A DNA stretch of 64,000 nucleotides, taken from contig NW_021833247.1 of the NCBI RefSeq assembly GCF_006345805.1, positions 1 to 64,000 on the forward strand. The letters are read 5' to 3'. The translations under genes were made by a program, and so were the position numbers. Shown piece by piece: positions 1 to 11,699 of the stretch. The notes beneath the pieces are model-generated. The model was not told the DNA's origin and did not search any database. It saw nothing but the letters and a program-made list of their open reading frames with translations. Source of the stretch: Octopus sinensis. Taxonomy: Eukaryota. The stretch's first letter is position 1. Each line of letters opens with the position of its first letter.

Positions 1-113
1 ACCCTTGTATTTTTGTATTTATATATACGCTTACCAGACAAATATACATTCGTTCATCCAATCAGCCAGGAATATTGAAAGATATTAGAACTAAAGCCTG
101 AAATAACCACTTG

Positions 114-531
114 TTACTCTCTTTTACTCTTTTACTCTTTTACTTGTTTCAGTCATTTGACTGCGGCCATGCTGGAGCATCGCCTTTAGTCGAGCAAATC
201 GACCCTGGGACTTATTCTTTGTAAGCCCAGTACTTATTCTATCGGTCTCTTTTGCCGAACCGCTAAGTGACGGGGACGTAAACACACCAGCATCGGTTGT
301 CAAGCAATGCTAGGGGGACAAACACAGACACACAAACATATACACACACATATATATATACATATATACGACAGGCTTCTTTCAGTTTCCGTCTACCAAA
401 TCCACTCACAAGGCATTGGTCGGCCCGGGGCTATAGCAGAAGACACTTGCCCAAGATGCCACGCAGTGGGACTGAACCCGGAACCATGTGGTTGGTTAGC
501 AAGCTACTTACCACACAGACACTCCTGCGCC
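114..531 (-). mobile_element. tRNA-derived SINE, family A, full length
   Basis: Minus strand starts GGCGCAGGAGTGTCTGTGTGGTAAG (A-box like), has GGTTCAGTCCC (B-box like), then TTGGGCAAGTGTCTTCT, an internal (TA/CA) spacer and an (AAGAGTA)n tail. Near-identical to the copy at 8697-9097. Confidence 0.9.
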
Positions 532-2587
532 TATTAATGCGCCTGTTAATGAAGAATATTTAAATGTATTCACCAGTTTATGTCAAGCACTACTTCTATT
601 AATAAAAGAATGGATTAGTCTTATAGGCGGTGCCTTTTAATGTAGAAGTGGTAACAAAAGACTGTTTTAATACCTCTCAGAGGTGTAACGTTTTGTTTTA
701 AACATCTTGGTCATCGAAGTTTGGTAGCTAAAAGACACGTGAAAGATTTTAAATGTTAGTCTCTTCGCTGATTTGCAAAAATCTATATCATTTTCTTTTT
801 TTCCTTTTATTATTATGTAGACTAATTTTCTCAAGAATTCTCCAGTTGATGTTGAAATCCGTCACAGATTATGTGTAATGCCTGTTGCAGCATGACAATT
901 TCATTACGTTCTTCTTTTCTGTACATCCGAACGGTAAAGTATAATTGATATAACGGTGTTTAAATTCACTTTCTGTCATGCCTATATATTTCAGCTAAGA
1001 CAAGAATTATTTAGGTTTGCTTTATAATACATGATTAATGATATTTTCAGCATTACATGACTGAATACCAGGATATACGTTACTAGTTCTACTTGTAAAC
1101 TTAGCTTCAATGAATTTAGATTGTTTATATCTTATTACATTTCCGATGACAGTAGTGCAACAAAATCAAATAATTCTCAATTCAGGGTGAGCGAAAAACT
1201 TCGATTAAAATTGTTCAGCTACACTGAAAAAAGATGGCACTGCTTTCAATACCAACTGACTAATCCTTGAGATTATAAGCGTGTATATATATCTATATAT
1301 ATATATATATTATATATATATATATATAGATATGTATGTATGGTATGTATGAATTATGTATGTATATAATCTATATATATAAATATATACATAAAATATA
1401 TATTTATATACATATATATATATATATATATATGCAGAGAGAGAAGAGAGAGGAGAGAGAGAGAGAGGAGAGAGAGAGAGAACAGAGAATGGAGAAATAT
1501 TGATGAATAACAATTGGCTAACATCAATTATTATTTATTAATTCGATACAAATACACTGCATCCCATCTAACAGCTGTTTCTGTTTCCAATGTTGTATGG
1601 TATTGCCATTGATATGCTAAAAATATTTATCAAATTTCATAATAAAGCCGATCCGAAACATGGAATTTCATCAGAGTGAAGAATAAATAAATAAAAAAAG
1701 ACCCTAGAGTAGAAAAATGAAAAGTTGAATATGGTTGTAGTCACACCATTATTTCTGTGTATCTCCTTGGGACGTTAAGTAAATGATTAAACTTAAAATA
1801 GTATTTTGTGGATTAATCCTTTGTACGAAGGGTGGATAGGATAGACAAATAATAAAAACATTAAAAAAGGGGATACACTAATAGGTTTTAGCCGGAGAAG
1901 GGGTGCAGATACAATGAGGCTTTAAATTAATCATAATAATTTTTAATACTAAATTTCCTCTCGATTGAATGTAATTTTTTATTCATTTACTCCTAGGTGG
2001 TTAAGCCCTTCCACCTGTTGTCCAAAGTTAGATAGGCCAATATCCAACGTTCTATATAACTGGTCAGTTGACATTTAGGCGGAGGTAAAGGACATTGAAC
2101 CCTAAGCATAAGAGATATTAAAACTCGAAGTGGAGTTCAATTCTCAAAAGGGGTGCAGATAGGGGAGATGTGGAAGGACCTCACTTCCCGCTCAAGTGGA
2201 CTGACTCATTGTTACAAATTAAAGAACTGTGAGGGATTGGCAGTTCGTGTTGGTAGCAGTTCACTGTGAGCCTTTGACATAGAACGTTGAATCTAGCGTA
2301 ATAGCAATTGTGATGCGTTGTGTATATACCTTCTTCCTCACTGCTTCGTTATATTATATACCCAGTAAAGGATATAAAAGAATAGAAGTAATTGTGCATT
2401 AGTATATTTAAAATGTGTTTATATATTTCTGTGTATATATGTTGTTGTGCACTAGTGTACTTAAAGCGTGTATATATAACTGTGTATGCAACATGTGTAT
2501 CTACGTTACTGTAGATAAAAGCATGTATATATATAGCTGTCTGTGAATATATGTAACTGCACGTTAGAGTAGATAAAAAACATATAT

Positions 2588-2621
<34 letters not shown>

Positions 2622-3847
2622 CTATATATATATTATATATATAACTGTGTGTAAAATAATGGTCGAACTGTGTTTGTATTAATGTATTCAATGTTTGTTT
2701 ATATATTGATACTAGCATAGTGTTAACCCCCCCTCTCTGTCTCTCTGTCTCTCTTTCTCTCTCTCTCTCACACTCTCTGCCGCAAAAACGACCACAACAG
2801 TTACCACAAAAATAACATCTGCAGCAACAATAACAGCACCACCACCAACAACAACAGCTGCAGTTGCATCAACAACAGCTGCAAGAACAACAACATCGAC
2901 AACTTCTAGGGAACATCATGACTTTTTAGTTCTTCTCTTTAAGCTGCCATATTGCTTCCATGTGTTGGAGTCCATGTTGAATATTGAAATACGATGTTTT
3001 TCGGTGGTAAGAAATCATGGCGCTATCAAATTAACATTCCCGCCCTATCAATCCTTCTCTAATTCACAAGTTGCTCTTTCTTTCTTAGCCGAAACCCTCA
3101 AGATTGGAATGAAAGGAAGCATAAACAAGGACGATTAAAAACAGTGAAATAATTGTGCTGTCGAGTACGTTCCTTCCGACTTCAAATAATTAGTCTAAAT
3201 ATAGTAATAACATCGTTAGCAATGATAACCTGCTGGTTTATGTATGATAACAGGATTACTTGGCTGCCAAGTTAATAAATATAACATGAATTATAGTTTT
3301 AGTAGCTCTGAGAGAACAACAACGTAACTTTACACTGAATTCAGTGTGGAAAACCCAGGATAGTTTCGTGTAAATTATACATCAGTTGTTGAGGCTGCAG
3401 CTTCTGTGAATATGCTTCTCTAAACATTAGGAACATCATCTAAATAATGCGATCTTACTGACGATGCTAATTGAGATGTGCTAAGTATGATAGCCGTGTT
3501 GGCTTCGAGTACGGTTTTACGTAATATGGAGGGATGAAAGCCTGCCGAATACATGTTGGTTGTATTGAAAAGGTTTATAAATTCATATGGCAAGTTTCGT
3601 AGGACATTCTAAATGACGAACATGTAGATGAATGCAGGAACACATACTTAATGAAGCGAATGAGGAAATGGAGTAACATTAACGATTTTTCTGTTCGCAA
3701 CGAATAGAAAAATAATTCATGTTAAAAGGTTCACCTTTCAAGGCGGGTAAGGGAGAGAACTCCAAATGGAATTATGGAGAACCAATCTGATATTCTTGTA
3801 ACACACAGATACACACCCCCACAAACAGACACACAGACACACAGACA

Positions 3848-3901
<54 letters not shown>

Positions 3902-3919
3902 ATATATATATTATATATA

Positions 3920-4260
3920 TTACTCTTTTACTTGTTTCAGTCATTTGAGTGTGGTCATGCTGGAGCACCGCCTTTAGTCGCTAAGTAATGGGGACGTAAA
4001 CACACCAGCGTCGGTTGTCAAGCTATGTTGGGAGGGGGGGGCAAACACAGACACACAATCATATACACTCACATACATATACATGAATATATATATATAT
4101 ATATATATGACGGACTTCTTTCAGTTTTCGTCTACCATATGCATTCACAAAGCTTTGGTCGGCCCGAGGCTATAGTAGAAGACACTTGCCCAAGGTGACA
4201 CGCATTGGGACTGAACCCAGAACCATGGGGTTGGGAAGCAAGCTACTTACCACACAGCCA
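3920..4260 (-). mobile_element. SINE family A with internal deletion
   Basis: Same head and tail as 114-531; about 70 bp missing between gcctttagtcg and ctaagt. Confidence 0.85.
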
Positions 4261-4567
4261 ATATATATATATATATAATAACAAATTAATAAATAAAACA
4301 TATGCATGCATACATACGTATATGTACATACCTACATCTATATGTATATATACATGCATATATGGGTACAGGACACCAATAACCGTAGAACACGACGAGA
4401 AACGAAAACATAAAAACAAAAACATGGAAACGAGGTTTTTTCCAAACAACGAGGAAACAGAGTACAAGACATACAACACAAGGAATATTCCCCTTCTTCA
4501 GCTGCCCCTGCTTCATAACATTAGAGTTGCTGATACATCATCCGTCACCAGAGTAGCGAAGTAAAGC

Positions 4568-4815
4568 ATTATCATTATTGCTTGGATGAAAACTGTCAGC
4601 TTATTTTACTGAGCATGATGGAAAATGTCAGCGGCCCACAACCGGAAGACTAAGGTGACACTTGTTTACTGATCATGCTTCAAGGACCCCACGGAGAACT
4701 CTGGTAGATGCGAGCAATGATGATTCTTATAAGTGTTCTATTTTAACATGTTTTTTAGCCATATTGGTACTTGAGTGATGATAATTCCTGGTGCGCCAAT
4801 AATATATTATTATCA
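4568..4815 (-). mobile_element. R4/Dong-like RLE LINE, 3' end fragment
   Basis: Minus strand translates IIGAPGII...KIEHL*ESSLLASTRVLRGVLEA*, matching the C-terminus of the LINE at 47810-49502. The 3' UTR shares gtgt(c/t)accttagt...gctgaca with it and ends in a short TAA tail. Confidence 0.7.
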
Positions 4816-4816
4816 T

Positions 4817-4910
4817 TCGATAAAACAAGTACTCTTTGAGTACTGGAGCCAAAATTATCGATTTCCTCCTCCCCTCAAAAACTGCTTGTCCTGTGCGAAT
4901 ATTTGAACCT
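4817..4910 (+). mobile_element. Old SINE B-type 3' half
   Basis: tcgataaaacaagtact...cctcctcccctcaaaaactgcttgtcctgtgc resembles the alternative (B2) tail at 54340-54420; it runs into the (ATT)n array. Confidence 0.5.
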
Positions 4911-5006
4911 ATCATATTATTATTATTATTATTATAATATATTATTATTATTATTATTATTATATTATTATAACTATTACTATTATTATTATTATTTTTA
5001 TTATTA

Positions 5007-5086
<80 letters not shown>

Positions 5087-5184
5087 TATTTTTTATTATA
5101 TTATTATTATTCTTATTATTATCATTATCATTATCTTATTATTATTATTATCATTTCATTATCATTATTTTATTTTTATTATTA

Positions 5185-5215
<31 letters not shown>

Positions 5216-5272
5216 TATTTTATTTTTATTATTATTATTATTATATTCTCATTATCATTATCATTATTATTA

Positions 5273-5327
<55 letters not shown>

Positions 5328-5328
5328 A

Positions 5329-5384
<56 letters not shown>

Positions 5385-5453
5385 TCATTATCATGATCAT
5401 TATTATTATTTTTATTATTATTATTATTAATTATTATTATTATTATAGTATTC

Positions 5454-5486
<33 letters not shown>

Positions 5487-5580
5487 TATTATTTTTATTA
5501 TTATTATTATTATTATATATTATTATCATTATCATTATCACATTATTATTATTATTATCATATCATTATCATTATTATTA

Positions 5581-5668
<88 letters not shown>

Positions 5669-5747
5669 AGTATTATTATTATTATATTATTATTATTAGT
5701 ATTATCATTATCATTATCATTATTTTATTTTTATTATTATTATTATA

Positions 5748-5793
<46 letters not shown>

Positions 5794-5820
5794 GGGATAA
5801 TAATAATAATAATAATAATA
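4911..5820. repeat. About 900 bp imperfect (ATT/ATC)n trinucleotide array
   Basis: Directly visible; it flips to (ATA)n after GGG near 5794. Confidence 0.95.
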
Positions 5821-6382
5821 AAAATTAAATTCTATATCTTTTTTATTTTCCACGTATCTAAACTGATCACATTCAAGGCAGAGCGTAGTTTGACAAGAGT
5901 TGCCTCAGAACAGATATCATGTGTAAGGTATGTAATTCAAAATAGATTAACACACACGCACACACACACATGCACATTCACATAGACACACATTCCCCCA
6001 TACACACTCACACTAATAAATGTGTGAGAGTATGTAGATTAAAAAAAAGAGCAAGGGTGTATGTGAGAATCTGTTGTCGAAGCCATAATGCGTTAGACTA
6101 TTTAGAAAGCATCCCGGCTGGAGCAGTTCCAGCTTTAATATTTTATTTACTTCATTTCAGCAACTCATGGAGGTTTAATACGAATAATTATCTCGAAGCT
6201 GGTGCGGAAGAGGCGGAAGGGGTTGCGCTGTGTGAGCGGCGAGTGTGTATGCATACATATGTTTGTGTGTGCGTGTACACACACACAACACCTACACACA
6301 CACACACACACACACACACCCACATATACATATTATATAATATATATGTACATAAATATACGTATGTATGTTTGCACGTATG

Positions 6383-6415
<33 letters not shown>

Positions 6416-6428
6416 ATATATATATATA

Positions 6429-6470
<42 letters not shown>

Positions 6471-6506
6471 TATATATATATAATATATATATATATATTT
6501 AGATGA

Positions 6507-6990
6507 GGGTTAGATGAGGAGGGGGGGAGAGTTGAGACCAAATGGCGTATAAGAGCGAAGAGAGAAGATTAATTCCTGTTCACGGCGCAAACGGGAATCC
6601 GGATGGCCTCTGTGTAAGGACAAACCGAACACAGATAGGTGTTGCAAGGAGTGACCGGTGGAGAGGAAATGGCGTGAGACCGGTGTGTCGTTCGCAAGGT
6701 GATGTCACGAAGGTGTTCCGCGAACCGGTCAGCCAAGCGACGTCCCGTTTGTCCGATGTACAAGGAATTGCAGAGAGAGCAAGAGATGCAATAGATAATA
6801 TTCGCTTGGCTGACCGGTCCGCGGAACACCTTCGTGACATCCACCTTGCAACACCTATCTGTTTTCGGTTTGTCCTTACACAGAGGCCATCCGGATTCCC
6901 GTTTGCGCCGTGAACAGGAATTAATCTTCTCTCTTTCTCTTCGCTCTTATACGCCATTTGGTCTCAACTCTCCCCCTCCTCATCTAACCC
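6507..6990. mobile_element. Penelope-like element 3' end (GIY-YIG endonuclease) as a head-to-head inverted duplication
   Basis: Minus strand gives NIIYCISCSLCNSLYIGQTGRRLADRFAEHLRDI and, after a 1-nt shift, NDTPVSRHFLSTGHSLQHLSVFGL...RREQELIFSLRSYTPFGLN. Arms 6507-6740 and 6802-6990 are reverse complements. Confidence 0.9.
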
Positions 6991-7255
6991 CCTCTCCCCT
7001 CCTCACCTATCCTTTTCCCCCCGACCCCTACTTCTTCAGTCCCTCATCCTTTCACACCCCTACCCCCTCCCTTCTTCCCTCTTTCTCCCTCCCTCCTTCC
7101 CTCTTCCCCTTCCCTCTGCTCCTCACTCCCTCTCCTCCCCCTCTCCCTCTTTCCTCCCCCTCCCCCTCCTCCCCTTCCTTCTCCCCTCCTCTCCTCTTCC
7201 CCCTCTTCTTCCCCTCCCCTTCTCTCCCCCTCTCTCCCCTCCCCTCTTCTCCTCA
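6991..7255 (+). repeat. Polypyrimidine (C/T) tract, probably the Penelope 3' UTR
   Basis: Almost purely C/T, directly after the plus-strand arm of the GIY-YIG fragment. Confidence 0.75.
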
Positions 7256-7304
7256 CTACACCACACGACTTTACACATCACATCATATATGATGTGCCAT
7301 ACTA

Positions 7305-7915
7305 ATACATACACCAACTAATACATACTAATACGTACTAATACATACTAATACATACTAATACATACACCAACCCTATACATACACACGTCCAGACCCC
7401 TCATACGCACTTATACTCTCTCATACACACACACACACACACTTATACATACTAATACGTACTAATACATACTAATACATACTAATACATACACCAACCC
7501 CATACATACGCACGTCCACACCAATCCTACGCACTAATACTCTCTCATACACACACACACACACACACCCTTATACATACTAATACATACACCAACCCTA
7601 TACATACTAATACGTACTAATACATACTAATACATACTAATACATACACCAACCCTATACATACACACGTCCAGACCCCTCATACGCACTTATACTCTCT
7701 CATACACACACACACACACACTTATACATACTAATACGTACTAATACATACTAATACATACTAATACATACACCAACCCCATACATACGCACGTCCACAC
7801 CAATCCTACGCACTAATACTCTCATCACACACACACACCACACACACCCCTTATACATACTAATACATACACCAACCCTATACATACACACGTCCCAGAC
7901 CCCCTCCTACGCACT
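7305..7915. repeat. Higher-order tandem repeat, about 280 bp period, built from ATACTAATAC and CA modules
   Basis: The block cgtccagacccctcatacgcacttatactctc occurs near 7390 and 7670, and cgtccacaccaatcctacgcac near 7513 and 7792. Confidence 0.85.
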
Positions 7916-8199
7916 ATTAGCTGGTCCTTCAACCCTATTATCAACCATATTATCAACCGAAATCAGATCGCCATGTTGATTCGTTAGCTACTGCACGCAT
8001 TTTTTTTCTCTCCTTCTTTCTGTGTTTTTTTTCTCTCTCATATACATATGTATATAATAATATATATATAAAAGCATATATACAAAGCTACATATATATG
8101 TATATATATATATATATATACGTGCATGTATATATACATGTAATTCAGGTTCCCGCCGCGTGTTCGATCGCTATGTTTCAATATGTTGGTCAGCATCCC

Positions 8200-8400
8200 C
8201 ATACACTGTAAAATATCTAGTACTGAGTACACATAGAAATGTGTGCAAAGAATAATTCCCCCAAATTCCAGGTCTTCCCACTCTACCTATGTTCAGTGAA
8301 TACCACAGAAGAAGCCCGGATAAACAAAGAGAATACTTTCATACAAAAATAGAAACCCAGACTTAACAAACTTTTACAAAGTACATACAAATATAACAGT
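8200..8400 (+). mobile_element. Second Penelope-like GIY-YIG C-terminal fragment (different family), decayed
   Basis: Hand translation HIEMCAKNNSPKFQVFPLYLCSVNTTEEARINKENTFIQK*KPRLN fits the PLE C-terminal pattern (H..C...F.VFP...R..KE..FI...KP.LN). Confidence 0.6.
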
Positions 8401-8696
8401 TCACACACAAAACTCATTCTGCCACTTAGTATGAAGAACCCACACAGCTAACAACGTAAACTTTAGCCACTGGACTACATACAAACGACTCCTGTCCACT
8501 CTTCCACCAGACAGATTAAATTTGGGGTGCTTTGACTGTAACTAATCATGTTCACTCAACCGTGTTGGCCTTCATTTTAGGCACAAAATATACAGCCATG
8601 TGGCAGTAACGCACGGACGTAGCAGGAAACGTACAGAAGGTTGTAAAATTAGTCACTTGTTCATTCTCTACAAACACTTGACAGAAAACATTCAGA

Positions 8697-9097
8697 GCAG
8701 GAGTGGCTGTGTGGTAAGTAGCTTGCTTACCAACCACATGGTTCCGGGTTCAGTCCCACTGCGTGGCATCTTGGGCAAGTGTCTTCTACTATAGACTCGG
8801 GCCAACCAAAGCCTTGTGAGTGGATTTGGTAGACGGAAACTGAAAGAAGCCTGTCGTATATATGTATATATATATATACGAGTGTATGTGTCTGTGTTTG
8901 TCCCCCTAGCATTGCTTGACAACCGATGCTGGTGTGTTTACGTCCCCGTCACTTAGCGGTTCGGCGAAAGTGACCGATAGAATAAGTACTGGGCTTACAA
9001 AGAATAAGTCCCGGGGTCGATTTGCTCGACTAAAGGCGGTGCTCCAGCATGGCCACAGTCAAATGACTGAAACAAGTAAAAGAGTAAAAGAGTAAAG
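8697..9097 (+). mobile_element. SINE family A, near full length
   Basis: GCAGGAGTGGCTGTGTGGTAAG head, GGTTCAGTCCC, and an (AAAGAGT)n tail. Confidence 0.9.
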
Positions 9098-9369
9098 AGA
9101 GAGAGCATTGGTTGTTTGGTACTGTCACTAGACTTGTTCAGTCAACCATGACAGCCTTAACTTAGGACGCTAAACATTGTCACAAACACACGGACGTAGC
9201 GAGGAACTTACAAAATTTCTAAGACTAGTTATGTGATTATGCTCTACCAATCAATCCTTATTCAAAACCTATGCTAATTTGAACCATGAACTCCCTATAA
9301 AAATAGGGCAAGCTTCAAACTCTGGTCAAAAGCAAAACTGATGCGACACAAACCACGTCTCTCTATTTC

Positions 9370-9554
9370 ATGTTTGAAAATCAATGTAAACTGTGAAACC
9401 GGTTAAATCTATAAATATAATAATATATAATCTATTATATATATATACATATGTATATATAGGGAAAATAGAAGTTGAAAATGCACTGAGAATAGTTTGA
9501 ATATTTTTTATTATTATATTTATAGATTTAACCGGTTTACATTGATTTTTAAAC

Positions 9555-9558
<4 letters not shown>
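9370..9558. repeat. Inverted repeat pair (about 50 bp arms)
   Basis: atgtttgaaaatcaatgtaaactgtgaaaccggttaaatctataaatataat versus attatatttatagatttaaccggtttacattgatttttaaacat; the second arm lacks about 8 bp. Confidence 0.75.
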
Positions 9559-9608
<50 letters not shown>

Positions 9609-9639
9609 ATGTGCACGTGTGTGTGTGTATGTGGTGTAT

Positions 9640-9790
9640 GTCTTTGTGTTTGTTCCACAACACCGCTTAACAACCGATCTTGCTACGTTTATGTCACTTT
9701 AAATATAGCGGTTCGGCAAAAAGACATCGATAGAACAAGTACCAGGCTTTAAAAAATAAGTTCTGGGGGGGCGATTCATTTGACAAACAT
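9640..9790 (+). mobile_element. Diverged SINE A-like 3' half
   Basis: acaaccgat...tagcggttcggcaaaagacatcgatagaacaagtaccaggc aligns by eye to the family A body. Confidence 0.55.
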
Positions 9791-9837
9791 TTTTCAAAGC
9801 CAGCAAGTTGGTGAGAGGTGGGAGGGGGGAATAGTTG

Positions 9838-9963
9838 ATCCCATCGAGCCCCCAGTATCCAACTGGTACTTATTTTATCGTGCAAGGAATGATGAAAGGC
9901 GATATTTGAACTCAATGTAATGCCGCTAAGCATTTTGTCTGGTATGCTAACCATGCTGCCAGC
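9838..9963 (-). mobile_element. Diverged SINE B (old subfamily)
   Basis: aactggtacttattttatcg...gatgaaaggc...tttgaactca...gctaagcatttt...gctaaccatgctgccagc. Confidence 0.55.
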
Positions 9964-10261
9964 CTTATTCCGTGGATATATTACGTAGTATCCTTCAACA
10001 AGTGAAGGGGTTCTCTAAGTTGGGGGAAAAAAGGAAGTGCTGGTTTTGTGCCTTTCTTAAAAGCATTAAAGGAATTACTGCAGTAGGAAGAAAGCCGGCC
10101 AGCACCGATGACCCTTTTTTTGGGAGCCATAACTGGCGGGAGGAAATTATACTGACACTGTGTTTGCAACAGTAGGGCCTCAGCTAAAGTTAACAAAGGC
10201 TCAGGTGGCAATGTCACATTAGGAATGGACCTAACATCGAAGAACAGGACGGATTAAAGAG

Positions 10262-10430
10262 CCAGGCTTCCACACAGTTTCCGTCAGCCAAATGACACTC
10301 AAACGATTTTGGCCAGCACTACCGTTTAATGGAAGGTACTTGCATAATGCATTCCGGTCTGTGATCAAACTGGAAATCAAGCAGTTTTAAGCTACACGAT
10401 CGTGTGTGAGCCCTTGGCCACACGGCAGCC
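10262..10430 (-). mobile_element. Highly diverged SINE A-like 5' half
   Basis: cagtttccgtcagccaaat...ggtacttgc...ccacacggcagcc resembles the reverse of the family A head. Confidence 0.4.
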
Positions 10431-11324
10431 ACGAAACAAACCTCTCCACCTACGCTTCAATAGTGTTCGCCACCTGATACACACATTCAAGCATGTCATT
10501 GCGTCTATGTGTATGTATGTGTGCATATACACGAATATATTTAATGCATGTGTGTATGCGTGTACGCATGAGCGTGTGTATGTGTATATGTGTAAATGCT
10601 TGGTAATCGATTTCGTTTATTTAGGAAACAGCTTCGTTTATGAGCAGCCATGTTGACATGGATCATTCATGTGGATTATTGACAGGATATCGATCAACCT
10701 ACTTTATGCCAGCATCGACACCCATGGCGACGGCTAATGATCGCCGCTGGCTTTCGGTGCAGGCTTTGTTAGATTTTGTTTCGCTCATAAGCATTCGTAT
10801 AATGCATTTCATATGTTTACAGACAAACAATCACATACGCACGCAAACACACACACACACACAGACACACACACACACACACACACACAAACCTCAAGCA
10901 TACACGAACTCATATTTGCATGCATATAGGAATACATATGGACTATCATTTTTATCCAGCTATGAATTTGCTTATACACACACATGCGCGAATACATGCA
11001 CACTTGCACACACGCACACGCACGTGCGCGTACTTATCTATATTTACATATACATGTGTGCATATATATATATGTGTGTGTGTGTGTGTGTATGTGTGTG
11101 TCTATGTATACTTGCATACATGTATGTACTGTGTATGCATGTCATTATTCAATTTTATTTCAAGATTTCTTGCTAATAGAGAAAGAACAGGTTTCTAACC
11201 TAGATCCAAGGCTCCATCAACAACAGGGTATCTTTGTTTGTATGTATGTATGTATGTATGTATGTATGTATGTATGTATATATGGTATATATGTATGTAT
11301 GTATGGTATATATGTATGTATGTA

Positions 11325-11555
11325 GGCGGCGAGCTGGCAGAAACGTTAGCACGTCGGGCGAAATGCGTAGCCGCATTTCGTCTGTCGTTACGTTCTGAGT
11401 TCAAATTCCGCCGAGGTCGACTCTGACTTTCATCCTTTCGGGGTCGATAAATTAAGTACCAGTTACGCACTGGGGTCGATGTAATCGACTTAATTTGTTT
11501 GTCTGTCCTTGTTTGTCCCCTCTATGTTTAGCCCCTTGTGGGTAGTAAAGAAATA
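11325..11555 (+). mobile_element. tRNA-derived SINE, family B, inserted in (TATG)n
   Basis: GGCGGCGAGCTGGCAGAAACGTTAGCAC head, GAGTTCAAATTCC B-box, central GTCGACT(C/T)TG(A/C)CTTTCATCCTTTCGGGGTCGATAAATTAAGTACCAG block, tail ...GTGGGTAGTAAAGAAATA. Confidence 0.9.
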
Positions 11556-11699
11556 TGTATGTATGTATGTATGTATGTATGAATGTATGTATGTATGGAT
11601 GGATGGATAGATGAAGGGAGGGAGGAAGCTATGGATGTTTTTAATTGTTTAAATTCTTTCTCTAAGGAAGGACTTCGTTCCTAACAAAGATACGCAGCT

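Noticed and set aside
2780-3420. Thr/Ala-rich mucin-like stretch followed by a faint SEA-like peptide (FSVENPG*FRVNYT)
   Set aside because: Degenerate CAA/CAG repeat, multiple stops and no clear splice sites; the similarity is too weak.
4370-4520. CTGAAGAAGG plus hairpin on the minus strand, and a related CTGATGAAGG at about 52830-52845
   Set aside because: There is no GAAA or stem III downstream, so these are not hammerheads as they stand. They may be decayed PLE-type tails.
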